The notes under the pieces were generated by a model. The model did no database searches, was not told where the DNA came from, and worked only from the letters and a program-made list of their open reading frames with translations. Shown piece after piece: positions 49,053 through 57,893 of a DNA stretch of 64,000 nt. Source of the stretch: an uncultured Alphaproteobacteria bacterium (GTDB taxonomy: Bacteria > Pseudomonadota > Alphaproteobacteria > HIMB59 > GCA-002718135); contig CACMET010000001.1 of NCBI GenBank assembly GCA_902612825.1, positions 35,014-99,013 on the forward strand, written 5' to 3'. How positions within the stretch are numbered: the stretch's first letter is position 1; the number at the start of each line of letters is the position of its first letter. A program made the position numbers and the translations under genes.

Positions 49053-50150
49053 TTATTTTTTATGAATTAATTTAAAGATATCAATGCCTATTTGATCTAA
49101 TATGTGTGCAATATCGATTGGTACCCAATTTTCTCTAATTAACCCTTCATGATGTAAATAAAAATCCATAACTCTTATTGTAATTTTTTTATTAGTTGGC
49201 TCATAACCTAACCATTCTTTTGAACCATGAATGCATTCTATGCTATGCCAACCTCCAGTCATTGAATAATTACCATCACCAATTTCAATATAATGTCCAA
49301 TTTTCCAATAATCCCTTTCTTTAAATGTAAGTCTAAATGGAAGTTGATGATATTCTACATATCCTTTTAAACCTCTTGCAGTTCCTATTCCTGCAGGTCC
49401 GTGCCACATCATTTTTGGATGCCAATAATTTTTTTGAGGATGATTAAGTAATTTATCTCTTATATAATCTTTGTTTGAGTTTGGATCACTTTCGGGCTTA
49501 ATATTTAAACTTCGCTGCATGGTTAATGCTTGATTTAAAGATTCTAAAGATAATTCGTTGTCAAAATTTTCATTATTTTCTCCATCTCCAGTAATAGGCG
49601 CTGACCACATACCTTCTGCTCCTAAAGATTTATTAATTGGCCAGTGTCCAGCTTGTCTAATAAAATCAACTGTATCAATTAAAACATATGATTTTATAAT
49701 TTTACCATTAGAGATTTGATGAGCTTCGCAAGTTCTAAGATAAATATTTTTTTTTGTGGGTGTAACACCGAGCCATTCGTTGACAAATGTTCCAGTTAGA
49801 TAGCTAACAAACGATACAAATACTTTGTCTCTATAAGATCCTCCAATTACAATTATATTTCTTCTTTCGAGATCTGGAAAAGCTTCTTTTAGAGGTATCC
49901 AAAGTTTATTTTTTATATTCTCAACACCACTTATTTCATTTATTGGATGAAAAGCATTTAATTCAGCTTCTTCATGGTATAAGTTTTTTAAATTAACTCC
50001 TAATTCATCTAAAGGAGATTCAGCAACTTTATTTAATAAATATTTAAATTTTTTTTTATTTTCTAAATTTTCACTTGTACTTAAATCTACAAAAATTATT
50101 TTCTTGTTTTCTTTTTCCCCTGTTTCAAAATCTTCAATTTTATTTGTCAT
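49053..50150 (-). CDS. Tandem NTF2-like (SnoaL/ester-cyclase-like) protein, paralogue A
   Basis: 365 aa. Two SnoaL-like halves (FPDLERR... and ...MDFYLHHEGLIRENWVPIDIAHILDQIGIDIF). Clear paralogue of 59334-60407. Confidence 0.6.
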   Translation of the reverse strand: MTNKIEDFETGEKENKKIIFVDLSTSENLENKKKFKYLLNKVAESPLDELGVNLKNLYHEEAELNAFHPINEISGVENIKNKLWIPLKEAFPDLERRNIIVIGGSYRDKVFVSFVSYLTGTFVNEWLGVTPTKKNIYLRTCEAHQISNGKIIKSYVLIDTVDFIRQAGHWPINKSLGAEGMWSAPITGDGENNENFDNELSLESLNQALTMQRSLNIKPESDPNSNKDYIRDKLLNHPQKNYWHPKMMWHGPAGIGTARGLKGYVEYHQLPFRLTFKERDYWKIGHYIEIGDGNYSMTGGWHSIECIHGSKEWLGYEPTNKKITIRVMDFYLHHEGLIRENWVPIDIAHILDQIGIDIFKLIHKK

Positions 50151-50180
50151 AAAAATTATTTACATACTAATAAATATTAA

Positions 50181-50212
50181 TTGATTTATTCAATAATTTG
50201 AATAATATTCAA
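50181..50212. promoter_or_regulatory. Two adjacent palindromes TTGATT-TATTCAA (50181-50193) and TTGAATA-A-TATTCAA (50198-50212), candidate LacI operators
   Basis: Located in the 89-bp divergent spacer between the 49053-50150 and 50240-51211 operons. Same half-site as the perfect palindrome at 54360-54375. Confidence 0.5.
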
Positions 50213-50239
50213 AAAAAATGAATAAAATATCATAAAGAT

Positions 50240-51211
50240 ATGTCAATTAATATTACTACAAGATTAGCAAAATTTGAGGAACTTATTCCAAGTACTATTC
50301 CTTTTGTAGAAGGAAAATTAAAGGGACATCAAGATAGGAAAAATTATTCTGTTATAGGCCCAGGTGTTAGTGAAGATGCTAAACAAAATGTTAAAATAGC
50401 TGAAGCGCATGGCTTCAATATTGGAGCTGTAAGTGCTGCTCCAATGAACGGTTCTGGATTACATAGCCATACAACTGCTGAAGTATTTATAATTCATTCT
50501 GGTGCTTGGCGTTTCTATTGGGGAGTTGATGGCACAGAAGGAGAGGTAATACTTAAAAAAGGTGATATTGCTTCTTTCCCTACAAATATGTTTAGAGGTT
50601 TTCAAAATGTAAGCAAAGAAGAAGCGTTAATGTTTGTAGTTTTAGGTGAAAATGATCCAGGTGTAATCACTTGGACTCCAAAACTTTTAAAAGATGCAAA
50701 AGATTCTGGTATGGTATTAATGAATGATAATTCTTTAGTAGATACAGAAAAACAGAAAATTACTGATGAAACTAAAATTATTCAACCATTAAAAGAAGAT
50801 GAATTAAAGAGTTTTGATCATTATTCCTCAGAAGATATAGAAAAGTTTGTCATTCGATTTGATGAAAAAGATAAATACTTTGTTGATGATGAACACTATC
50901 AATCCAATAAAATTATTAATTACCTTGATCAATTTAATATTCATAATAAATCATTTATTCCAAACATACCGCATTTAACAGGATTTAGCCTTTCACTTCT
51001 CCATGGAAAAAATGCCCATATACATGAATACAAATTTGAGAAATCAGAAGTATATCATTGTTTATCTGGTGAATGGGAAATAGATTGTGATGGAGAGAAA
51101 GTAGTAATTAAGGACAAGGATACTTTTTCAGTACCAAAAAACTCATCACGATCAATTAAGCAGATAAGTGATGAGGATGGAAATTTATTTATTATAAGAC
51201 AAACAAATTAA
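50240..51211 (+). CDS. Bicupin protein
   Basis: 323 aa. N-terminal cupin motif GSGLHSHTTAEVFIIHSG...GDIASFP and a second C-terminal cupin barrel (EVYHCLSGEWEI...DTFSVP). Confidence 0.7.
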   Translation: MSINITTRLAKFEELIPSTIPFVEGKLKGHQDRKNYSVIGPGVSEDAKQNVKIAEAHGFNIGAVSAAPMNGSGLHSHTTAEVFIIHSGAWRFYWGVDGTEGEVILKKGDIASFPTNMFRGFQNVSKEEALMFVVLGENDPGVITWTPKLLKDAKDSGMVLMNDNSLVDTEKQKITDETKIIQPLKEDELKSFDHYSSEDIEKFVIRFDEKDKYFVDDEHYQSNKIINYLDQFNIHNKSFIPNIPHLTGFSLSLLHGKNAHIHEYKFEKSEVYHCLSGEWEIDCDGEKVVIKDKDTFSVPKNSSRSIKQISDEDGNLFIIRQTN

Positions 51212-51223
51212 GAATTCAGTTAT

Positions 51224-52198
51224 ATGAAAGGTTTTAATAACAAGTTTGAAAATCTTCCAGATTATATTCTAAAAATAACTCATCAGATATGGGAAGAAAA
51301 AGATGTTAACTCAATTATGGAATATTATGCTGAAAATATTCCTGTTAGATCACCTATGGGAATCATTTATGGACCTAATACAGTAGTTGATGCAACTAAT
51401 GCAACTTTAGACGAATTTCCAGATAGGCAATTATTAGGTGAAGATGTAATTTGGATTGGTAACGAAGATGAAGGGTTTTTATCTTCTCATAGAATTCTTA
51501 GTAAAGCCACTCATGTAAAAGATGGTTTATATGGGAAAGCAACAAATAAAAAACTTGTATACAGAGTCATTGCTGACTGCGCTTGTAAGAATAATCAAGT
51601 TTATGATGAATGGTTAGTTAGAGATCAAGGAGCAATTGTTAGACAGCTAGAAATAGATCCAAAAAAATATGCAGCAATTTTAATAAAGCAAGAAGGTGGA
51701 ATAAAGAATTGCATTAAACCATTTGATAAGAATTCATCTCAAGAAACAAGTTATGCACCACCAATTTTATCAAAAAATAATATAGCTGATCAATATGCAG
51801 AAAATTTAGAAAACATTCTTAATATTAATTCTAAATCTACAATTGAAAAAAATTATGACAGATCAGTTCAACAATTTCAACCAGGAGGTTTTGTTTGTTA
51901 TGGTATCGATGATGTAACAAATTTCTGGCTAAATTTAAGACAATCTTTCCCAGATGCTCTTTTTAGAATAGAACATAAAAGTTTTACTGTAGAAGAAAAT
52001 CAACCAAAAAAAGTTGCTATACGCTGGTCTTTAGTTGGGAAGCACAGTGGGAATGGTATATTTGGGCAAGCTTCTAATTCTGAGATTTATATTATGGGAA
52101 TTAATCATGCCGAAATAGGACCAAGAGGTATAAAGAACGAATGGGTTTTATTTGATGAAACTGCAATTTGGAAACAAATCTTGATAAAAACAGGTTAA
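51224..52198 (+). CDS. Tandem NTF2-like (SnoaL-like) protein, divergent member B
   Basis: 324 aa. Two halves each ending in the SnoaL-type pattern (NNQVYDEWLVRDQGAIVRQL; PRGIKNEWVLFDETAIWKQI) with FPD motifs. Confidence 0.55.
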   Translation: MKGFNNKFENLPDYILKITHQIWEEKDVNSIMEYYAENIPVRSPMGIIYGPNTVVDATNATLDEFPDRQLLGEDVIWIGNEDEGFLSSHRILSKATHVKDGLYGKATNKKLVYRVIADCACKNNQVYDEWLVRDQGAIVRQLEIDPKKYAAILIKQEGGIKNCIKPFDKNSSQETSYAPPILSKNNIADQYAENLENILNINSKSTIEKNYDRSVQQFQPGGFVCYGIDDVTNFWLNLRQSFPDALFRIEHKSFTVEENQPKKVAIRWSLVGKHSGNGIFGQASNSEIYIMGINHAEIGPRGIKNEWVLFDETAIWKQILIKTG

Positions 52199-52205
52199 TT
52201 AAAAA

Positions 52206-53333
52206 ATGTCTAAAATATTAACTACACATGTAGGCAGCTTGCCTAGATCAAAAGGACTTTCAGAAATTTTATTTTCTAAAGATCGGGGTGAAAAATTTAT
52301 TAAAGAAGATTTCAATAATATATTGAAAAAAAATGTTGAGACAATTGTTAAAAAACAGATCGAAGTTGGTATTGATTATATAAGTGACGGTGAAATGAGT
52401 AAAATAAGTTATGCCACTTATATAAAAGATAGGATAGATGGTTTTTCTGGAGAAAGTGAAAGAAGAGCACCAGCTGATTTAGATGATTTTCCAGAGTATA
52501 AAGAAAAAATAGCTAAAAGTGGGGGTACGCCAACGTATAGCAGACCGTGTTGTACTAATGCATTAAAAATCAAAGATAAAGATTCATTAAATAAAGACTT
52601 AGAGAATTTTAAAAATTCATTAGATAAAAACAATCATCAAAAAGCATTTATGAATGCTGCATCACCAGGTGTCATAAATGTATTTATGCCAAATAGGTTT
52701 TATAAAACAGATGATGAATATTTACATAAACTTTCAGAAATTATGGCTATTGAGTATGAGACAATTACTAAATCAAATATACAAGTGCAATTAGATTGTC
52801 CTGATCTTGCATTAGCTAGACATATGAATTTTAAGGAATTATCCCAACAAGAATTTTTAAAACGTGCGGAAATTCAAATTGAGTGTTTGAATGAAGCTTT
52901 AACTAATGTAGATGTTAATATGACTAGAATGCATATTTGTTGGGGAAACTATGAAGGACCTCATACACATGATATCCCACTAGAAAAAATATTACCAATA
53001 ATTTTAAAATCTAAAATTAAATATTTTTTAATTGAGTCATCAAATCCCAGACACGCACATGAGTGGAAAGTTTTTCAAGATATTAAATTACCAAAAGATA
53101 AAGTTTTAGTTCCTGGTGTTATCGATTCAACATCAAATTTTGTTGAGCACCCTGAGGTTGTAGCAGATAGATTAATTCAGTTTTCAACGGTAATTCCAAA
53201 AGACCAACTAATGGCTGGAACTGATTGCGGATTTAGTACTTTTGCAGGATTTGGCAAAATTGATGAAAATATTTGTTATGAAAAACTTCATTCTTTAGTT
53301 GAAGGAACTAAATTAGCAAACAAAGTTATATAA
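52206..53333 (+). CDS. Cobalamin-independent methionine synthase C-terminal-domain-like (core-MetE-like) Zn alkyltransferase
   Basis: 375 aa. N-terminal TTHVGSLPR. Candidate Zn ligands RMHICWGN (HxC) and GTDCGFS retained. Confidence 0.8.
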   Translation: MSKILTTHVGSLPRSKGLSEILFSKDRGEKFIKEDFNNILKKNVETIVKKQIEVGIDYISDGEMSKISYATYIKDRIDGFSGESERRAPADLDDFPEYKEKIAKSGGTPTYSRPCCTNALKIKDKDSLNKDLENFKNSLDKNNHQKAFMNAASPGVINVFMPNRFYKTDDEYLHKLSEIMAIEYETITKSNIQVQLDCPDLALARHMNFKELSQQEFLKRAEIQIECLNEALTNVDVNMTRMHICWGNYEGPHTHDIPLEKILPIILKSKIKYFLIESSNPRHAHEWKVFQDIKLPKDKVLVPGVIDSTSNFVEHPEVVADRLIQFSTVIPKDQLMAGTDCGFSTFAGFGKIDENICYEKLHSLVEGTKLANKVI

Positions 53334-53334
53334 T

Positions 53335-54333
53335 TTATCTAGATGTTTTTCTTTTTATTAACGTTCCTTGGATTAAATGACTAACGGCCTCATAATCTGG
53401 ATCTTTAATGTTATCATTAATAAGTTGAGTTACTAATTTTGACATTTGTCTCAAGGGCTGTTTTACAGTACTTAAATTGTAAGATGACCAGTTTGCCATT
53501 GAGATATCGTCATATCCAAATATTTCAATATCGTTAGGTATTTCAATTTTTGTATTTTTTTTAATGTAATCTAAACATCCAAATGCCATCGTATCATCTG
53601 CACAAAAAATAGCTGAGATTTTTTTATTCGTTAAGATTTTTGCTGTTGCAGCATATCCACCTTCATATGTAAAATTTCCTTTTTGAGAGTATAATTTTAA
53701 TTTTTTTGATTTTTTTAATTTATTTTTAAATCCTTTACATCTTTCATTACTTACATAAGATCCTGTGGGACCTTCAATTAAACCAACTTCCTGATGGTTA
53801 TTTTTGATTATTTGATCTGCAATTAATTCACCACCAAATCTATGATTACATGCAACTGAACTTATAGTAGGGATATCCCAAGCTCTATTATAGGCTATAA
53901 TTTGAATCTTTTTATTTAAGCAATTTTCAACAAATTGATCTGTTGGTTTAGTTGCTGAAATTATTGCAACTAATCTTTCTTTCAAATATGGCTGAATGAG
54001 CTTATCGTCTAATTCTTCACCATCATCAGTTGTTATCAATAAAATTCTAAAACCCGATAAACGTAGCGCTTCATGCAATTCAGTTAATACCTCTGGATAA
54101 AATCGATTGGTTATATAAGGTAAAATAACTCCCACTAGTCCACTATCTTCAATATTTTGAGAATCTTGCAAAAAAGTTTGAGGTTTATATTTTAGTTTTT
54201 TGGCAGCTTCAAGAACCCTTAGTTTTGTCCTGCTTGAGATGCTTGCACCTTTAGTAAAACATCTTGAAACAGCTGATTGAGATACTCCTGCTAATTTTGC
54301 GACATCTTGGGATGTGGCATTTTTATTCATCAT
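53335..54333 (-). CDS. LacI-family transcriptional regulator
   Basis: HTH ATSQDVAKLAGVSQSAVSRCF plus periplasmic-binding-fold core. The track start at 54375 is a TTG inside the palindrome. ATG at 54333, preceded by AAAGGAAAA, is preferred. Confidence 0.88.
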   Translation of the reverse strand: MMNKNATSQDVAKLAGVSQSAVSRCFTKGASISSRTKLRVLEAAKKLKYKPQTFLQDSQNIEDSGLVGVILPYITNRFYPEVLTELHEALRLSGFRILLITTDDGEELDDKLIQPYLKERLVAIISATKPTDQFVENCLNKKIQIIAYNRAWDIPTISSVACNHRFGGELIADQIIKNNHQEVGLIEGPTGSYVSNERCKGFKNKLKKSKKLKLYSQKGNFTYEGGYAATAKILTNKKISAIFCADDTMAFGCLDYIKKNTKIEIPNDIEIFGYDDISMANWSSYNLSTVKQPLRQMSKLVTQLINDNIKDPDYEAVSHLIQGTLIKRKTSR

Positions 54334-54359
54334 TTTTCCTTTTTTATGTATGCAAATGC

Positions 54360-54375
54360 TTGAATAATTATTCAA
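54360..54375. promoter_or_regulatory. Perfect 16-bp palindrome TTGAATAATTATTCAA, candidate LacI operator
   Basis: In the lacI / ABC-transporter divergent spacer, 27 nt upstream of the preferred lacI ATG and 59 nt upstream of the SBP start. Confidence 0.55.
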
Positions 54376-54433
54376 ACTGTTGCATTAATAAAATATTATA
54401 AATTAATATATTAATAAATTATAGGGGAAACAA

Positions 54434-55648
54434 ATGAAAAAAATACTAGTATTATTTGCGATTTTCACATCATTTTTTTTCTTAGCCGGTACTAATGCAA
54501 AAGCTTGCGAGCTAAACAATTCTGTACCAGTAACTTCTTTATCTGCAGGATTTGATGCCTGGAAAGTTGTTACTTCTGCTATGGAAGAGTGTGGAAATTT
54601 TACACCTACACTTGATCAAGAATACAGAGATAAGCTTGTTGCATCATTAGAAAGCAACCCATCTCAATTTACAATGGCAGGTGTTTCAGCTTCTACAAAT
54701 GTATCGGTTCTTGATGCTGGTGTAACTAGACCACTTGACGATCTAGTTGCTAAATATGGAGACTCTCTACAAGATAATCAAAAAATTGTAATTGATGGAA
54801 AAATTATGGCAATTGCAATGATGACAAATGCTCAACATTTATTTTACAGAGAAGATATTTTGAGTGATCTTGGTATAGATATTCCAACAACTTATGACGA
54901 GCTTTTGAAAGCTGCTAAAGTTATTAAAGATGCTGGAGTTGTAGATTATCCACTTGGTGGAACATTCAAGTCAGGTTGGAATTTAGGAGAAGAATTTGTA
55001 AATATGTATTTGGGCTTTGCTGATTCTTTTTTTGATGGAAATATGCCAGCAGTTAATAATAACGATGGCTATGAAACACTTAAGATGATGAAAAAACTAA
55101 CAGAATATATGGATCCTGAGTATTTAACTTCAGATTCTACATATGTTCAACAACAATTCCAACAGGGTAAGATTGCTCTTGCAAACCTTTGGGCGTCTCG
55201 AGCTGGTGCTATGGATAATGCAGAGGAGTCAACAGTTGTTGGATTAGTAAAGTTTGCATCAGCGCCTAAAGCAAAAAAGAATGGTAAACCAGCATCTACA
55301 TTATGGTGGGATGGTGTTGTTATAGCTAAAAATGTTACTGATGAAGAAGCAGAAGCAGCATTTAAACTAGCTATGGTTGGATTAGATGCAGCAAACTTAG
55401 GAGCGAACCCTGAAGCTGCTCCTTGGCTGTCTAATGCGTTTGATCCAGCTCCATCAAATATTGGTGCAATTTTAACTGCAAAATCTGGAGCAGCTCCTTA
55501 TCCTGCATCAGCAAAAATGAGCACACTCCATGGAGTCTTAGGTGCTGCTATTGGTGATTATTTGACTGGCGCAGCTACTGCAAAAGCTACTCTAGAAAAA
55601 ATTGAGGCTGATTATATTACTGCAGCAACAGAAAAAGGTCTCTTATAA
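54434..55648 (+). CDS. ABC transporter substrate-binding protein (family 1, CUT1 sugar/polyol type)
   Basis: 404 aa. Signal peptide, family-1 SBP length and pattern. Followed by MalF/MalG-type permeases. Confidence 0.88.
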   Translation: MKKILVLFAIFTSFFFLAGTNAKACELNNSVPVTSLSAGFDAWKVVTSAMEECGNFTPTLDQEYRDKLVASLESNPSQFTMAGVSASTNVSVLDAGVTRPLDDLVAKYGDSLQDNQKIVIDGKIMAIAMMTNAQHLFYREDILSDLGIDIPTTYDELLKAAKVIKDAGVVDYPLGGTFKSGWNLGEEFVNMYLGFADSFFDGNMPAVNNNDGYETLKMMKKLTEYMDPEYLTSDSTYVQQQFQQGKIALANLWASRAGAMDNAEESTVVGLVKFASAPKAKKNGKPASTLWWDGVVIAKNVTDEEAEAAFKLAMVGLDAANLGANPEAAPWLSNAFDPAPSNIGAILTAKSGAAPYPASAKMSTLHGVLGAAIGDYLTGAATAKATLEKIEADYITAATEKGLL

Positions 55649-55666
55649 TTTTATATAATTGTATAT

Positions 55667-55696
55667 TACTCCCCTTTTAAAATCTTAAGGGGGGTA
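55667..55696 (+). promoter_or_regulatory. Intercistronic GC-rich hairpin (10-bp stem) between the SBP and permease genes
   Basis: TACTCCCCTT-(10 nt)-AAGGGGGGTA with one G-U pair. The 3' arm contains the only SD-like purine run (GGGGGG) before the permease ATG at 55707. Confidence 0.5.
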
Positions 55697-55706
55697 ATAT
55701 TAGTAA

Positions 55707-56726
55707 ATGAAAAAATCTACTTTTTTAGTTTTTACAATGCCATCATTTATAATGATGACATTATTTATTGCCTTACCTCTTCTAATAGTTTTAATTCAAA
55801 GTTTTCAATTCAACCAAGATGTATTAGAAACGATTGAAAGAGAAAATTGCGATCCTTTTGGATGTAAAACAGAAACAATTACCGTTCCTGTATTAGATGA
55901 AAATGGAAATAAAATAAAAAATAATATTTGGGTAGGCTTTCAAAATTATAAAAATATTTTGAAATTTGAACAATTATCATCTGTTATTTCAAATGATGGT
56001 TTTGAATGGAGTAAAATAAGATCTATTGATTTTTATAAAGCTCTAAGGTTTACACTAACATTTACATTTATTACTTTACCATTTGTAATAATCTTAGGTT
56101 TAATATTAGCTCTATGCGTTAATGTTTTAATTAATAGATTGAAAGGTCCAATAATTTTTATAACCTTGCTCCCATTTATAATTACACCTGTAATAGGTGC
56201 TTTATCAATAAAATGGTTATTTATAGGAGATGGTATATTAACTTTATTTTTAGAAAATATTTTAGATAAAGATATTGCCCTATTTTCTCAAGGCTGGACG
56301 ATAGAGATTCTAATGCTTTTTTATAGAGTTTGGCACACTATACCTTTTGCCTTTGTTATTTTTTATGCAGGACTACAAACTGTCGATAAAGAAAAAATTG
56401 AGGCAGCATTTGTAGATGGGGCAAATAGACTTCAGCGTTTAAGATTTATTATAATTCCGCATATCATGCCATTAATAGTATTTGTTGCTTTAATTCATTT
56501 AATGGATTCATATCGAGTTTTTGATGAAATTGTTGGTTTTAGTGCTTCTGGATTTAGGATTTCATTACAATGGATGACTTATGATTTCTTGAGAATTGAT
56601 GATTCTGGAACAAGATCTATTGGAAGAGCATCAGCTACTTCTGTTCTTACAATGATAGGAATTATAATAATATTAATTCCAGTTTTAAGAAGAACTTTTA
56701 AAGAGCAAAAAGAAAAAAGATTATAA
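55707..56726 (+). CDS. ABC transporter permease (MalF/UgpA-like)
   Basis: 339 aa. EAA-loop region IEAAFVDGANRLQRLRFIIIP. Extended first periplasmic loop. Confidence 0.88.
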   Translation: MKKSTFLVFTMPSFIMMTLFIALPLLIVLIQSFQFNQDVLETIERENCDPFGCKTETITVPVLDENGNKIKNNIWVGFQNYKNILKFEQLSSVISNDGFEWSKIRSIDFYKALRFTLTFTFITLPFVIILGLILALCVNVLINRLKGPIIFITLLPFIITPVIGALSIKWLFIGDGILTLFLENILDKDIALFSQGWTIEILMLFYRVWHTIPFAFVIFYAGLQTVDKEKIEAAFVDGANRLQRLRFIIIPHIMPLIVFVALIHLMDSYRVFDEIVGFSASGFRISLQWMTYDFLRIDDSGTRSIGRASATSVLTMIGIIIILIPVLRRTFKEQKEKRL

Positions 56727-57859
56727 TGGAAAGTAAACTTTTTAACTTAACCACGCCTCTTAAAATTATTGTTTCAATTACAATAATTACGTGGTGTATA
56801 ATTGCTTTATTCCCTCTCTTATGGATTGTTGTAATGTCAATAAAACTTCCTGTTGATTCTTTTGCTTCCAATCCTTTAAAGGTAATAATTGGTCCAAGCA
56901 CAAAAGAACAGGTTGGAGGTCTATCTTTTGTTAACTTTATTTTTCTTTTTCTATCAATTTATTTGTTTTATAAATTATACCAAATAAGAAAAATTTTATT
57001 TGATTTAATTAATCCTATTTTAAAATTTTCTTTAATTACTTTTTTCATTTTATTCATTTTATATATAACTATTTCCTTCATATTATTTTTTTTAATTCAA
57101 AATAATTTATCTGAATTTGTAAATATATTATTTTCAAATTTAGAATTCTTAAAAATTTTTTCTTACCCAATAATAGGTTTTACTCCTCAGCATTATTTGT
57201 CTGTTTGGGTTGGTAATGAATTTTATAAACAATTCTTAAATACTATGATTGTAACAGGTGGGGTTGTTACAATTTCATTAACTGTTGGAACACTAGCTGG
57301 TTATGGATTAGCAAGAAGTAATTCTATGATTGCCTTTTGGCTTTTAATTTTTGCTTTAATTTTTAGAGCCTTACCTCATTCTGTTTTGGTTACTGGTTAT
57401 TTAGAACCTTTTATAAATTATGGATTATATGGAAAAAAAATTGCTGTTATTGTTTTGTTAGTAGCTATTAACCAACCTTTTACAATATGGATGCTGAGAT
57501 CATTTTTTATGAATATACCTCAAGATTTAGATGAAGCTGCTCAAATTGATGGATGTAATCCTTTTCAAGCTTTCTGGAAAGTTGTGATGCCTTTAATGTG
57601 GCCAGGTGTAATTACAACAGGATTATTTTCTTTCTTGTTAGCTTATAATGATTATCTTGTTGCAGCATTATTATTAGATGGACAATCACAAACTATGGTT
57701 CCAGCAATTATGCAATATTTTAATATGGAAACTAAAATGACAGATTTAGTTGAGTCAATTGCTGCTGCTGCATCAATTACCGCACCATTGTTTTTGTTAG
57801 TGATGTTTTTCCAAAAACAAATAGTGTCTGGTTTAACTCAAGGTGCAGTAAAGGGTTAA
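56726..57859 (+). CDS. ABC transporter permease (MalG/UgpE-like) with ~90-aa insertion
   Basis: 377 aa. EAA loop LDEAAQIDGCNPFQAFWKVVMP. Two additional hydrophobic segments at aa 66-85 and 101-124. Confidence 0.85.
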   Translation: MESKLFNLTTPLKIIVSITIITWCIIALFPLLWIVVMSIKLPVDSFASNPLKVIIGPSTKEQVGGLSFVNFIFLFLSIYLFYKLYQIRKILFDLINPILKFSLITFFILFILYITISFILFFLIQNNLSEFVNILFSNLEFLKIFSYPIIGFTPQHYLSVWVGNEFYKQFLNTMIVTGGVVTISLTVGTLAGYGLARSNSMIAFWLLIFALIFRALPHSVLVTGYLEPFINYGLYGKKIAVIVLLVAINQPFTIWMLRSFFMNIPQDLDEAAQIDGCNPFQAFWKVVMPLMWPGVITTGLFSFLLAYNDYLVAALLLDGQSQTMVPAIMQYFNMETKMTDLVESIAAAASITAPLFLLVMFFQKQIVSGLTQGAVKG

Positions 57860-57893
57860 CAATAATATGATAATTATTTATTAAAATTATAAG

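Noticed and set aside
50240-51211. Bicupin as a DMSP lyase (DddK/DddQ-like cupin).
   Set aside because: Only the generic cupin HxH...E motif is shared. Length and two-domain architecture differ from DddK. I cannot support specific homology by eye.
54373-54375. Track start codon (TTG) for the LacI regulator, giving an N-terminal MNNYSSICIHKKGK extension.
   Set aside because: The TTG lies inside the 16-bp palindrome. The ATG at 54333 has a good AAAGGAAAA Shine-Dalgarno element and starts right before the HTH, so the shorter model is preferred.
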